From the IMG/VR virus record IMGVR_UViG_3300037044_000228, positions 1-64,000 of that record: a stretch of 64,000 nt of DNA; one strand, 5' to 3'. The DNA is from a virus. Positions 37,731 to 48,100 of the stretch are shown one piece after another. Every line of letters begins with the position of its first letter. Position 1 is the first letter of the stretch. A program made the translations under genes and the position numbers. The notes beneath the pieces are model-generated. The model did not search any database and had not been told where the DNA came from. It worked only from the letters and a program-made list of their open reading frames with translations.

Positions 37731-38933
37731 TCAGTCGCCTTCGTCTTCCGCGAGGTCGATCGTGATCCATCCCTCGACCGGGTCTGCGATCTTGAACACG
37801 TTGGCGATGCTGTCGCAGTCCCGCTGAATTTCGAGCGCCTTGCGCGCTGCGTCCCGGGGAGATGTCGCGTCAAGCTCGATTTCCCACATGACAAGATACT
37901 CGCGCGCAGTATCATGGAGGGGGGCGTCTGGCGCGGCGGATGGCGCGCCGGTTGGCGCAGAGGCGGGCGCAAAGGCCAGCGTGGCGGCGGCGAGCCTACG
38001 CATGTGGCCGTCGCCGGGACCGGCGCTCTCGACGAACGCGCGCGCTTCGACCAGCGCTGCGGCGAGCGGCGCGAGCTTCTCGCGGCCTTCATCATATGTC
38101 CCGTCTTCCAGGCCGGAGGCGAGATCGTCGTGGTAGCTGTCCGCTGCGTCTGTGAGCGTGGCGATGGCGTCGACCGAGAGGGTGGCGGTCGGCGGCACTT
38201 GGAAGCCACCCGGCGTGCTGGCGACGAACTCAACCGGCGCATCGGAGAGGCGCTGCGCTTCGGCGCCGGTGATCCAGGCTGGCGCACCATGCGTGATCTT
38301 CACGTCGTCGATCGTCGAAGGGTGCCGGGAGAAGGGGACCATGCTGAACTCGCGCACCTGTGGCGCGGGCTTCTTCGCCGCGAGATCTTCGCGCAGGTTG
38401 GTCGCCCATGCGCGGAAGCCTTGCTCAAGCGACTCGGCGATGTCCTGCGTCGCCATTTTGTCTTCTATGCCGGGCGCGGCGATCGCCATCGCGTCGGCGA
38501 TGAGATCCAGCCCGACGAGCACGTCGTCATCATCGATGAGGCCATCGGCCCGTATGTCGGCGATGGTGAGCATGTCGCGCGCAACTTGCAGCAGTGAGAG
38601 ATCAGAGGCCTGCCGCTGCGCGGACGGTGCGAACATCTGGCAGGGCGGGCTTTCGGTGATGAGATCGTGCGCGGCGAAGTGGTCCGCGACGCCCGGCCCG
38701 ACCGTCATGGCGATGGTGGGGCCGCAGTTGAGGCGCTCGCAGAGCGTGTCGATCTCGTCGGCCGTCAATGCGGGATGCGTCTCGCCGTTCGTGGCGATGT
38801 CGAGCAGGGCGTCGGCATCAACCGCGCGCCGATCCGAGAGAGGCCCTAGAGCCTGCCAGTACCGCAGCGCCGCGAGCACGGTCGCGTGCTCGGGCCCTAT
38901 CAGCGCGTAGAGCTTTCCGTCTGTGGTGGTCAT
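37731..38933 (-). CDS. hypothetical multidomain phage protein
   Basis: EHATVLAALRYWQ...EIDTLCERLN N-domain; YLVMWEIELDATSPRDAARKA C-domain. Confidence 0.7.
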   Translation of the reverse strand: MTTTDGKLYALIGPEHATVLAALRYWQALGPLSDRRAVDADALLDIATNGETHPALTADEIDTLCERLNCGPTIAMTVGPGVADHFAAHDLITESPPCQMFAPSAQRQASDLSLLQVARDMLTIADIRADGLIDDDDVLVGLDLIADAMAIAAPGIEDKMATQDIAESLEQGFRAWATNLREDLAAKKPAPQVREFSMVPFSRHPSTIDDVKITHGAPAWITGAEAQRLSDAPVEFVASTPGGFQVPPTATLSVDAIATLTDAADSYHDDLASGLEDGTYDEGREKLAPLAAALVEARAFVESAGPGDGHMRRLAAATLAFAPASAPTGAPSAAPDAPLHDTAREYLVMWEIELDATSPRDAARKALEIQRDCDSIANVFKIADPVEGWITIDLAEDEGD

Positions 38934-39004
38934 GTGATCTCCGTGTGGTGGGGTGGTGGCGGTGAGAAGGGCGCGACCGGCTACGTTCTGTAGCCGATGC
39001 GCGC

Positions 39005-39412
39005 TCAGATCAGCGAGCCTTCTGCTGCGGGCGGCGGCGCGGCCTTTTTCGTGGCGATGCGCGGCGTCGGCTGGATCTCGAGCACTTCATGCCCGAGCGT
39101 GCGTTCAAACCAGCGGGCCACTGCAGTTCGATGGCAGAACTCGCCGTCCTTCTGCAGCGACTCCCAGCACAGCAGCACCGGCTCAGCGCCGCCCGCGAGC
39201 TTGTGCAGTTCGTCCCAGGTGGCCTGCGGGTCCAGCCGCGCGAGGATCGCCTCGTAGCGCGGGTCGTACTCGGGCTTCGCCATCTTGAGCATGTCAGCGT
39301 CCGGGTAGAGCGGTTTGAACAGGCGGAAGCCCGCCGGGGAATTGCGCGGCACGCCACGCGAGATGCCGATGCGGCCCTCGCCCTTGTAGCCGAACCAGTA
39401 TGAAGTCTTCAT
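39005..39412 (-). CDS. DUF488-like protein
   Basis: MKTSYW...GISRGVP...VLLCWE...FCHR. Confidence 0.75.
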   Translation of the reverse strand: MKTSYWFGYKGEGRIGISRGVPRNSPAGFRLFKPLYPDADMLKMAKPEYDPRYEAILARLDPQATWDELHKLAGGAEPVLLCWESLQKDGEFCHRTAVARWFERTLGHEVLEIQPTPRIATKKAAPPPAAEGSLI

Positions 39413-39548
39413 TCCTCTAATTCCTTGCGTTTCACTGTGCCGGTACTGGCGCAGCATTTACCAAACTTAGCACAATACTGCCCGCGCAACAGCGAAAAGA
39501 CGCACGTTGCTGGCCTTTTACATGCGTCACCGGAGCCCGTGAGAAGCC

Positions 39549-40913
39549 ATGTTCATCGGTGGAATTCCCAAGGTCGTCGCGCAGCAGATCGCGACAGCGC
39601 TCGACGGCTCGACCGCGACCGACGTCTATGTGTGTTGCAGCGGGTCCTTTCGCACCGAGCGCACGATCTGGCAGCAGCTGCCCGGCGCACGCGTGCACGG
39701 CAATGACGTGAGCCTCTATTCCAGCGCGATCGGTGAGTGGCTTGCGGGAGGCGCGCTCGACTGCGAGTTTACCGACGCGCTTGCGCCGCTCGAGAAAGCG
39801 ATCAACGCCGGCGTCGGCGCGTCGGCGCGTCGGCGCGCGGCGGGCGCTGTGTATGCGGCCGAACTCGCGCGCTTTGCGACCGGCAAGATGAATGCGTTCA
39901 AGGAGGCGCATGTCGCGCATCTGATGAACGGGGCCGAAGCGGCGCTCGATGCGATCGAGGAGAAACTCGAAACCGCATGCGCCGGCGGACGCCTGGCATC
40001 TTTCCATCGGCGCGACTGGCTGGCGCACTTGCGTGATGGCGTCGCCAACGGCGCGACCGTGGTGGCGTTCCCGCCGACCTATCGCGGCGGTTACGAGAAG
40101 ACCTATGCGTGGATCGAGGCGAACGCCCGATGGACGCCGCCGACCTATGAGACATGGGACCCCAAGAACCTCGACGGTGTCGTGCGCGAGCTCGCGGCAG
40201 GCGGGGCCGACTATTGCATTCTCGCTGACCGAAAGCTGGAGGGCGTTGAGCCCGACACCATGTTCCAGGCGCTCGGGAAGCGCGTCATCTATGGCTACAC
40301 GCACAAGGGCCGGCCGCAATGGGCGAAGGCCGCGTCGACGGGCAAGCCGTTCAACTACAAGCCCCTCGACACGTCGAAGATCACCAAGGACTCAGTGGTC
40401 GAAGTGACGCCGATCGACGGGCCGCGCGCGCTCTACATTCGCACCGTCTATATCAAGAACACGATCGCGCCCGCGCCGGCGCTGCAGAACTACTTCATCT
40501 TCATCGACGGCATGCTCGCGGGCGTGCTGGGCTACAGCGTGAACAAGATGCCCGGCGCGGTGGGCAAGAACAAGGAGCACCTGATCTCGTGCTACCTCAT
40601 GTGCGACGTCTCGCTCTCGCGCGAGGGCAGGATCTCCAAGCTGATCGCGCGACTGGCGCTCAACCGCGACGTGGTCGGGCACTTCGGTCGGCGCATGCTG
40701 CAGCCCTACAAATACATCGTCACGACGGCGTTCTCCGATCACCCGGCTTCGATGAAGTACCGGGGTATCTGGGAGCTTCTGAGCCGCAAGGAAGTGGAGC
40801 CACCGGGACGCGGCTTCAATCTGCAATACGGGGGGCACGTCATCAATGAGACGCCGGCCGAGGCTTTCGGCTGGTGGTGGAGCAAACACAGTGACAAAGC
40901 CCAAGGCAAATGA
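39549..40913 (+). CDS. putative antirestriction adenine-modifying enzyme (MTase-like N-domain + GNAT/Mom-like C-domain)
   Basis: MFIGGIP, VYVCCSGSF, GNDVSLYS, FPPTYRGGYE; C-terminal TTAFSDHPASMKYRG; next to ParB-like gene and terminase. Confidence 0.55.
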   Translation: MFIGGIPKVVAQQIATALDGSTATDVYVCCSGSFRTERTIWQQLPGARVHGNDVSLYSSAIGEWLAGGALDCEFTDALAPLEKAINAGVGASARRRAAGAVYAAELARFATGKMNAFKEAHVAHLMNGAEAALDAIEEKLETACAGGRLASFHRRDWLAHLRDGVANGATVVAFPPTYRGGYEKTYAWIEANARWTPPTYETWDPKNLDGVVRELAAGGADYCILADRKLEGVEPDTMFQALGKRVIYGYTHKGRPQWAKAASTGKPFNYKPLDTSKITKDSVVEVTPIDGPRALYIRTVYIKNTIAPAPALQNYFIFIDGMLAGVLGYSVNKMPGAVGKNKEHLISCYLMCDVSLSREGRISKLIARLALNRDVVGHFGRRMLQPYKYIVTTAFSDHPASMKYRGIWELLSRKEVEPPGRGFNLQYGGHVINETPAEAFGWWWSKHSDKAQGK

Positions 40914-41787
40914 TGCGGCGGCGCAGCCGAGCGAGATGCAACCGTCGGTGACGTCGGATGCGTGGGGGCCGCTGGAAACCAAGTTCATCCAGATCGACCC
41001 GCGCAAGCTCAAGCGGCAGGCGCTGAACGCCCGCTACATGACGGCGGCGCAGATGGACTTGCTCGTCCAGAACGTGCGGGTGGATGGGCGCCTGACTTCG
41101 ACGCCGCTCTGCTACCAGCCGCCGGGCGCCGACGAAGACGGGATCGAGATCCTGTCCGGCCATCACCGCACCGAAGCCGCGATCCGCGCGCCGCTCGACG
41201 AGATCACGATCGAGGTCATCGTCACCGAGCTCTCGCACGAACGGAAGGTGCAACTGCAGCTGGCGCACAATGCGGTCAGTGGGCAGGACGATGCGACGAA
41301 GCTGGCGCAACTCTACGACAGTCTCGACCTGAACGCGCGCAAGGCGTCGGGTTTGACCGACGACGTGCTCAATGCGTTCAAGGACATCACGCTTGGCGGA
41401 CTGTCTGTGTCGCTGCAGTACCAGGAGATGAACCTCTTCTTTCTGCCCGAGGAAGCCGAGGTCGTGAAGAAGGCGTTCGCGCGCATCGACAAAGCGGCGA
41501 AGAAACAGACCGCCTACATTGCTGCGTATGCGGACTTCCAGACGTTCTTCGACGTCGCGGTGCGGGTGAAGTCGAAGTTCGATGTCTTCAACAGCGCGAC
41601 CGCACTGCGGATGATGGTCGATCTTGCGACGCAGCGGCTCGACCAGATCGAAGCCGAAGAGGCCGAGGATGCGGCGAACGCGGAAGCGGCGCGGCAGAGC
41701 GGCGGATCAGGCGGCGCCGCAGGTGGACCAGCGAGCGCACCGGCAGCGCCGGCGGAACAACCAGCCAGACCAAAGAAGGCGGCGTGA
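40891..41787 (+). CDS. ParB/Srx-like domain protein
   Basis: NARYM...ILSGHHRTEAA...QLAHNAVSGQDD. Confidence 0.75.
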   Translation: MTKPKANDAAAQPSEMQPSVTSDAWGPLETKFIQIDPRKLKRQALNARYMTAAQMDLLVQNVRVDGRLTSTPLCYQPPGADEDGIEILSGHHRTEAAIRAPLDEITIEVIVTELSHERKVQLQLAHNAVSGQDDATKLAQLYDSLDLNARKASGLTDDVLNAFKDITLGGLSVSLQYQEMNLFFLPEEAEVVKKAFARIDKAAKKQTAYIAAYADFQTFFDVAVRVKSKFDVFNSATALRMMVDLATQRLDQIEAEEAEDAANAEAARQSGGSGGAAGGPASAPAAPAEQPARPKKAA

Positions 41788-41925
41788 AGCGTATGTCCGA
41801 AGCCATGTCCGAAGACTGCGGACATGGGGAGGCGAGCGCATACAAGCACGTCGAATCCCACGGGCAATCCCGACCCAATCCCCGCCGGTATAGCCCTGTC
41901 TATGTTCACACCATCGGTGACATAG

Positions 41926-42645
41926 ATGGCGACGACTCGAAAGACGGCGGGCACTGGCAAGAAAGCGGCGACGGCGCGCAAGGGGGCTAAGGCCCGTGCG
42001 CGGGCGGCGTCGAAGGGAGGCGCGCAGGCGAAGGCCGGCGGCTCCACCCGCCCGAAGAGCGTCAAGGCCATGGCGGCGTCCGCGGCACAGGGGCCAGCGG
42101 ACGCCGCCGCACCACATTCCCCACCGCGCGATGCGGCCCACGCTGCGCCAGACTCCACGATCAAGACAACGGGCCTGAAACCGGGACCGCGTTCCGCGCA
42201 GCGCAGCGGCGATCATGTGCGCGCCGACGGGGCTGAGACCAAGGCGAACGAGAAGTACCCGGTTGAGCTCGTGGAGATGGCGCTGCGCACTTCGGCGGGC
42301 GTGTATTCAGTCGCGGCCGAGAAGATCGGGTGCGCGCGCAACACGATCGCGAACTACGTCAAGCGCTACCCCTATCTCGCCGATGCGCTGACCGAGATCG
42401 AGGACGGCAACGTCGATCTGGGCGAAGCGCAGCTGATCTCGGCCATGTCGAAGGGCGAGTCGTGGGCGGTGCTCTTCTACCTGCGCTGCAAGGGCAAGCG
42501 GCGCGGTTACACCGAACGGCACGAAATCACCGGCGCCGGGGGCGGGCCGGTCAAGGTGGCCTCAATCGACTTGAGCAAGCTGAACCTCACCGATGCCCAA
42601 CTCGCTGTCCTCGATCAAATCGCAGGCGCCGCAGCACTCGGCTGA
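41926..42645 (+). CDS. terminase small subunit (putative)
   Basis: HTH AAEKIGCARNTIANY, FYLRCKGKRRGYTERHEITGAGGGPV; precedes terL. Confidence 0.75.
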   Translation: MATTRKTAGTGKKAATARKGAKARARAASKGGAQAKAGGSTRPKSVKAMAASAAQGPADAAAPHSPPRDAAHAAPDSTIKTTGLKPGPRSAQRSGDHVRADGAETKANEKYPVELVEMALRTSAGVYSVAAEKIGCARNTIANYVKRYPYLADALTEIEDGNVDLGEAQLISAMSKGESWAVLFYLRCKGKRRGYTERHEITGAGGGPVKVASIDLSKLNLTDAQLAVLDQIAGAAALG

Positions 42646-44332
42646 GTGGCTGGCGAGCGAGCAGGGGCGTATCGACGTCGACCGCGAGATCTGTCGCCGG
42701 TCCATGATCGCCTTCGTGCGCAAGGCCTGGCACATTCTCGAACCGAGCACGCCCTACGTCGAGGGCTGGGTTCTCTACGCGATCTGCGATCACTTGATGG
42801 CGGTGAGCCGCGGCGAGATCTCGCGCCTGCTCATCAACGTGCCGCCGGGCATGATGAAGTCGCTGCTCGTGTCGGTGTTCTGGACCGCTTGGGAGTGGGG
42901 TCCCCTCGGCGCGCCCGGCATCAAGACGATCACGGCGTCCTACCAGATCGACCTTGCCATCCGCGATGCGCGGCGGCTACGCATGCTGGTCGAAAGCGAG
43001 TGGTTCCAGGCGCGCTGGCCGCTGGCGATGGCGTCGGACCAGAACCAGAAGACCCGCTTCGAGAACGTCAAGACCGGCTTCCGCGCGGCCAAGCCCATCA
43101 CGTCGCTCACCGGCGATCGCGGCCACCGTCTCATCATCGACGACCCGCACTCCATCAAGACGGCGGAAAGCGACGCACAGCGCAACGAGGCGGTGCGCGA
43201 GTTTCGCGAAGCCGCGCCGAGCCGCATGGTCGATCCGACCAAGTCAGCGATCGTCGTCATCATGCAGCGGATCCACCAGGGCGATGTGTCCGGTGAGATC
43301 ATCGACCGCATCGGCGGTTACGAGAAGCTGATTCTGCCCATGGAGTACGATGTCGAGCGTCCGTGCACGACGTCGATCGGCTTTAAGGATCCGCGCACCG
43401 AGGATGGCGAGCTTCTCTTTCCCGAGCGCTTTCCGGCCGAAGTTGTGGAGCGCGACAAGGCGGTGCTCGGTCTCTATGCGAGCGCGGGCCAGTTCCAGCA
43501 GGCGCCGTCGCCGCGCGCCGGCGGTCTCTTCATCAAGTCCAAGGTCGGCGTCATCGCCGCGGTCCCGGCGGGCTCCGTGCGCGTGCGCAAATGGGACTTG
43601 GCGGGAACCGAGAAGGGCGTGAACAAGAAGGGCGTCGCGAACGATCCGGACTTCACGGTCGGCCTGCTCATGGCGAAGACCACCGACGGGCGCAGCATCG
43701 TCGAAGACGTCGTGCGGCTGCAGGCCTCTCCCTTCGACGTCGAACAAGCGGTGCTGCGCACGGCGCAGCAGGACCGCGCGGCGCATGGCAATTCCGTCGT
43801 CGTGCATCTCAACATCGATCCGGCGCAGGCGGGCATCCACCAGGCCAACACCTACACCAAGCTGCTCAACGGCTTCATCGTGAAGATGGAGCCCGAGCGC
43901 GGGTCCAAGGAGTACCGCGCATTTCCCGTCGCGGCCCAGGTCGAAGCGGGAAACGTCTTCATGGTTCCAGGGCTGTGGAACGCGAAGTTCCTCGAAGAGA
44001 TCGGGCTCTTTCCGCAGGGTCGCTACAAGGACCAGGTCGACGCACTCAGCGGCGCCTACAACTTTATGAACAATCCGATGGACGGCCAGCACTTCTGGGA
44101 CTGGATGATGAAGGCTGTCGCAGAGCAGGAAGCCGCGAAGGCCGAGGCGCGTGCGGAAGCGCCGGTCGACCGCGTGCCGATGCACCCGCCGGTCGGCGTG
44201 CTGTCTGCGACCGGGCGGATGGGCGACGGCTACAATCTCGATAAGCACGGCGTCATGTGGGTCAAACCGGACGACGCTCTGATCTTCGCGCGCGCAGGCT
44301 TCAGGCGCGTCGAAATCCAACAGGCTGCGTGA
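42593..44332 (+). CDS. terminase large subunit
   Basis: LLINVPPGMMKS, LIIDDPH, MQRIHQGD, WDLAGT, FPQGRYKDQVDA. Confidence 0.93.
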   Translation: MPNSLSSIKSQAPQHSAEWLASEQGRIDVDREICRRSMIAFVRKAWHILEPSTPYVEGWVLYAICDHLMAVSRGEISRLLINVPPGMMKSLLVSVFWTAWEWGPLGAPGIKTITASYQIDLAIRDARRLRMLVESEWFQARWPLAMASDQNQKTRFENVKTGFRAAKPITSLTGDRGHRLIIDDPHSIKTAESDAQRNEAVREFREAAPSRMVDPTKSAIVVIMQRIHQGDVSGEIIDRIGGYEKLILPMEYDVERPCTTSIGFKDPRTEDGELLFPERFPAEVVERDKAVLGLYASAGQFQQAPSPRAGGLFIKSKVGVIAAVPAGSVRVRKWDLAGTEKGVNKKGVANDPDFTVGLLMAKTTDGRSIVEDVVRLQASPFDVEQAVLRTAQQDRAAHGNSVVVHLNIDPAQAGIHQANTYTKLLNGFIVKMEPERGSKEYRAFPVAAQVEAGNVFMVPGLWNAKFLEEIGLFPQGRYKDQVDALSGAYNFMNNPMDGQHFWDWMMKAVAEQEAAKAEARAEAPVDRVPMHPPVGVLSATGRMGDGYNLDKHGVMWVKPDDALIFARAGFRRVEIQQAA

Positions 44333-44368
44333 GCATTCCGCTCACCTGAGTGAGAAGGGACAACCATC

Positions 44369-45046
44369 ATGACCGACGTCAAAATGAAGGCGCCTGCCGG
44401 GCTGACCGGTGCGGTGCAGACCGAATACGGCACGGTGCAGATCGACGCCAACGGCTTCGTCACCGTCGATGCACGGGTGCAAACCGTGCTGCTCGGCGCG
44501 GGCTTCACGGCTGCGGCCCTCGGCATCGGCTCACAGGCGATCGGCGCTGACGGCGTGCCGACGTTCCGCGTGCCGATCCTGAGCTTCCGCTCCACCGACG
44601 GCGCGGTGAACGTGGCGGCGGCGGCGGGCAAGTTCGGACTCGCGGCGACCCTGGGCACCAGCCACAACCTCGTCAGCGAGGCGGCGCAGAACAACACCAA
44701 GACCGACATCGCGTTCGCCGAGGTCGTGCTGCCCGCGAACTATGTGGCGGGGCAGGACATCGTCGTCACCATGAGCGCGAAATACACGCTCGCCGCCGGC
44801 ACCGCCGGCGCGTGCACGATCGACCTGCAGGCCTACGAAGTGAGCGATGTGGGTGCGCACGGCGCCGACATCTGCGCGACCGCGGCGCAAGCCCTGACCG
44901 CAGCGGACGCGGACTATGCGTTCACGCTCACCGGAACCAACCTGGCGCCGGGCGACCGTATCGCCCTCAAGGTGACGCAGGTTATCATCGAGACCGCGAA
45001 CGGCGGGACCGTGACGGGTTCCATTGCGTCCGTGCGCGTGGGCTAA
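44369..45046 (+). CDS. putative virion structural / head decoration protein
   Basis: Ala/Thr/Gly-rich beta protein between terL and portal. Confidence 0.5.
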   Translation: MTDVKMKAPAGLTGAVQTEYGTVQIDANGFVTVDARVQTVLLGAGFTAAALGIGSQAIGADGVPTFRVPILSFRSTDGAVNVAAAAGKFGLAATLGTSHNLVSEAAQNNTKTDIAFAEVVLPANYVAGQDIVVTMSAKYTLAAGTAGACTIDLQAYEVSDVGAHGADICATAAQALTAADADYAFTLTGTNLAPGDRIALKVTQVIIETANGGTVTGSIASVRVG

Positions 45047-45150
45047 GACCGAGCGCTGCAAGGCATGATGGGCGGCGGCGCCACCGTCGCCCATCAATCC
45101 TATCGCGCATGGGGCGGACTATTCTCACGCTGGATCTAGCCAGCGGGTGA

Positions 45151-48100
45151 GTGATGTCGAGCGACGCGCCGCGAGCGCAAACCGGGGGCAGGGCGTTCGC
45201 GCTTTCCCCGACCGTTGTGCAGGTCCGCTTTGGCGACACGCCGATGATGGCGCCCGGCGCCGGCAATGCTGCGGCCGACTGGTTCGGCCCGCTTTCTCCG
45301 ATGAAGCCCGCTGCCCCGCCGTTCGTTACGGGCCGGCGCTTCGACTATCAGTCCGGCTACAACCTGCAGACCCGGGCGCGGCCCGGCGAGCTCGGCTTCG
45401 ACCAGCTGCGCGCGTTCGCCGACGCCTACGACATTCTCCGGCTCGTGATCGAGACCCGCAAGAGCCAGATGTCGCGTCTGAAATGGGCCATCCTGCCGCG
45501 CGCGCGGCCCGATGCGGCGACCATGAAGGAGGTCCAGACCGACCATCTCAACCCGATCTGCAAGCAGATCACGGACTTCCTGCGCCGCCCCGATCGCCGC
45601 CTGTTCTGGAACGACTGGCTGCGCATGGCGCTCGAGGATCTCTTCGTTCTCGATGCGCCCGCGATCTGGAAGCGGCGCAACCGCGCGGGCCAACTCTACG
45701 CGCTTGAGATCATCGACGGCGCGACCATCAAGCCGATCATCACCGAAGCGGGGCGCCAGCCCGAGCGTGGCCCCGCGTTCCAGCAGATCCTCAAGGGTCT
45801 TCCGGCGGTGGAATACGACTCGCGCGATCTGATGTACCTTCCGCTCAACCGCAGACCGCACAAGGTCTATGGGTACGGTCCGGTCGAACAGATCATCATG
45901 ACCGTCAACATCGCGCTCAAGCGCCAGATCTGGCAGCTGCAGCACTGGACGGAAGGCAACCTGCCGCAAGCGCTTATCGGCGTCCCGGAAAGCTGGACGC
46001 CTGAACAGATCAGCGCGTTCCAGACCAACTTCGACGACCTGCACACCGGCAACATGGCCGAGCGGCGTCGTGCGCGGTTCGTGCCGGCGGCGTCGGCGAA
46101 GAGCTACACGCCCACGCACAACGACAGTGAGATGTTCGGTCGCGGCGAAGAGTGGCTGGCGCGCGTCGTCTGCTATGCGATGGGCGTCGATCCCACGCCG
46201 TTCATCCAGAGCGTGAACCGCGCGACGGCGGAAAGCGCAGCAGAAGAAGCGATCAAGGACGGCATCGCGCCCGTCCAAAGCTGGGTCAAGAACCTCGTCG
46301 ACGGCGTCATCATCGACGAGTTCGGCACAAACGAAGTCGAGTTCGTCTGGCAGGACGACACGATCGCCGATCCGGAGAAGCTCACGAAGGTGATCTGCTT
46401 GCAGGTCGAGTCGGGGCTGATCTCGCTCAACGAGGCGCGCGCCGAACTCGGCAAGACGCCTGTGGATCACGCCGCGTTCAACGTGCCGATGGTGAAGACG
46501 GGCGTTGGCTACGTGCCGGTCGAACCGCCCGCGCAAGCCGACGGCCTGGGCAACATGATGGGCCCGGGCGGCGAGAACCTCGGACCGGCGCCCGCGCCAG
46601 GCGGCTTCGTCGGCCCGGGCGGTGAGATGCTTGCGCCGCCGGAAGGCGCGGCTGCGGGCGGTGAGAACGTGGCGCCGGCTGATGACGCGGGCGCGGAACC
46701 AGGCGCGGGGGCTGACGCGGAGCCGCCGCCAGACGATGAACCGCCGGAAGGTGGCGGTCCTGCTGGCGGCGGAGGCGCGCTCCCGGGCGACAACGGCGGC
46801 GGTGGCGGACCGGCCCCCGCAGCGGGCGACGACGAAGCCGCTGCTGCGGCGGCGGCCATGAGCGACGACGACCTCGCGGCAGTCGAAGAGGAAATGGCGG
46901 CGCAGGGGATCGATGTCGCCGATGCGGGCGACGGCGAGGCCGAGAGCCAGGCCGATCTCTTCGCAGCCGATGAAGACCGCGTCGTGCCTGCGGGCGCGAT
47001 GACGGCAGATCAGATCGACGACGGCGGCGACGTGCGCAGCGAAACGCCCGGCGCCAACGTCGCGCCGGCGGACGTTCCCGGCGAGGGCGGCGCTGCTGGC
47101 GTGGAGGCGGAAGCCGCACCGACGGATGAACCTGGGGATGGCGACGACGAACCGCAACCGCCGCGCCCGCCGAGCAAGCGTGACGTGCGACGCGCGGCGC
47201 TTGATCGACTCGGTGCGCTTGGCGCGCTGCGTCGCGGCGAACCGGCTGGCGATCTGGCGAAGGCTGCAGAGCGCGGCGCGGACCCCGGCAAGAACGAGCG
47301 CGGGTCTGCGCGCATCTCGCGCAAGAAGGGCGGGGCGCCTTACGGCGTCAATGAGCGCGGCGACTGGCGCGACGTCAAGAGCCCGCGCATGATCCGTGGC
47401 ACGCCGCGTCGCGCGCCCGATGGCAGCGGCCCGATCAATCGCGACGAAGCAGCGCTCGACGAGATGTTCAACCGCGTCACTGCCGAAAAGGAAGCGGCGC
47501 GTGATCGCAAGGCCCGGCGTGCGCAGCAACGCATGGGCGGACGTCGTTACCTGCACCCGGATCGCACGGCGAGCGGCCGCGCCGAGATCGTGAAGGGCTT
47601 CGGCGTTCATGGCTTCTGGAACGGCACGGAGCCGCACCGGGGCGGCGGTGGCGCGCGTGGCGGATCAAGGCGCGGCGCGCAAGCGGGCGTCGGCGGCGGC
47701 GCTGCGAGCGGCGGCGCGGAAGCGAAGATCGCGGCGCATCGGGTGGCGCAACGCGCGGCGGCGACCATCGCGGCGTCAGCTGCTGCGGCTGCACCGCCGC
47801 GTCCGTCTGTGGGCGAAGGCCTTACCAGGCTCGGGCGCGGACGCTCCAAGGACGTCTATGCGCACCCGACCAACAAGAACCGCGTCATCGTTTCGATGCA
47901 ACGCCACGCAGCGACCGAAGCGTTTCTCGACTTCTCTCGCGCCGCGCACGCCGCCAAGGCGCCGATCGCGCAGCATCTCCCCAACCCGTCGGCGATCAAG
48001 GTCGAGGCGGGCGGCGTGACGTTCCAGACAGCACGCCTGCAACCGAACACGACGCCGGTGCGCATCGGGCGCGATGAGAACGGCTTCTATCTCAACGGCC

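Noticed and set aside
42593-42645. Programmed TerS-TerL fusion
   Set aside because: A ~50-nt terS/terL overlap is common and no slippery site is evident.
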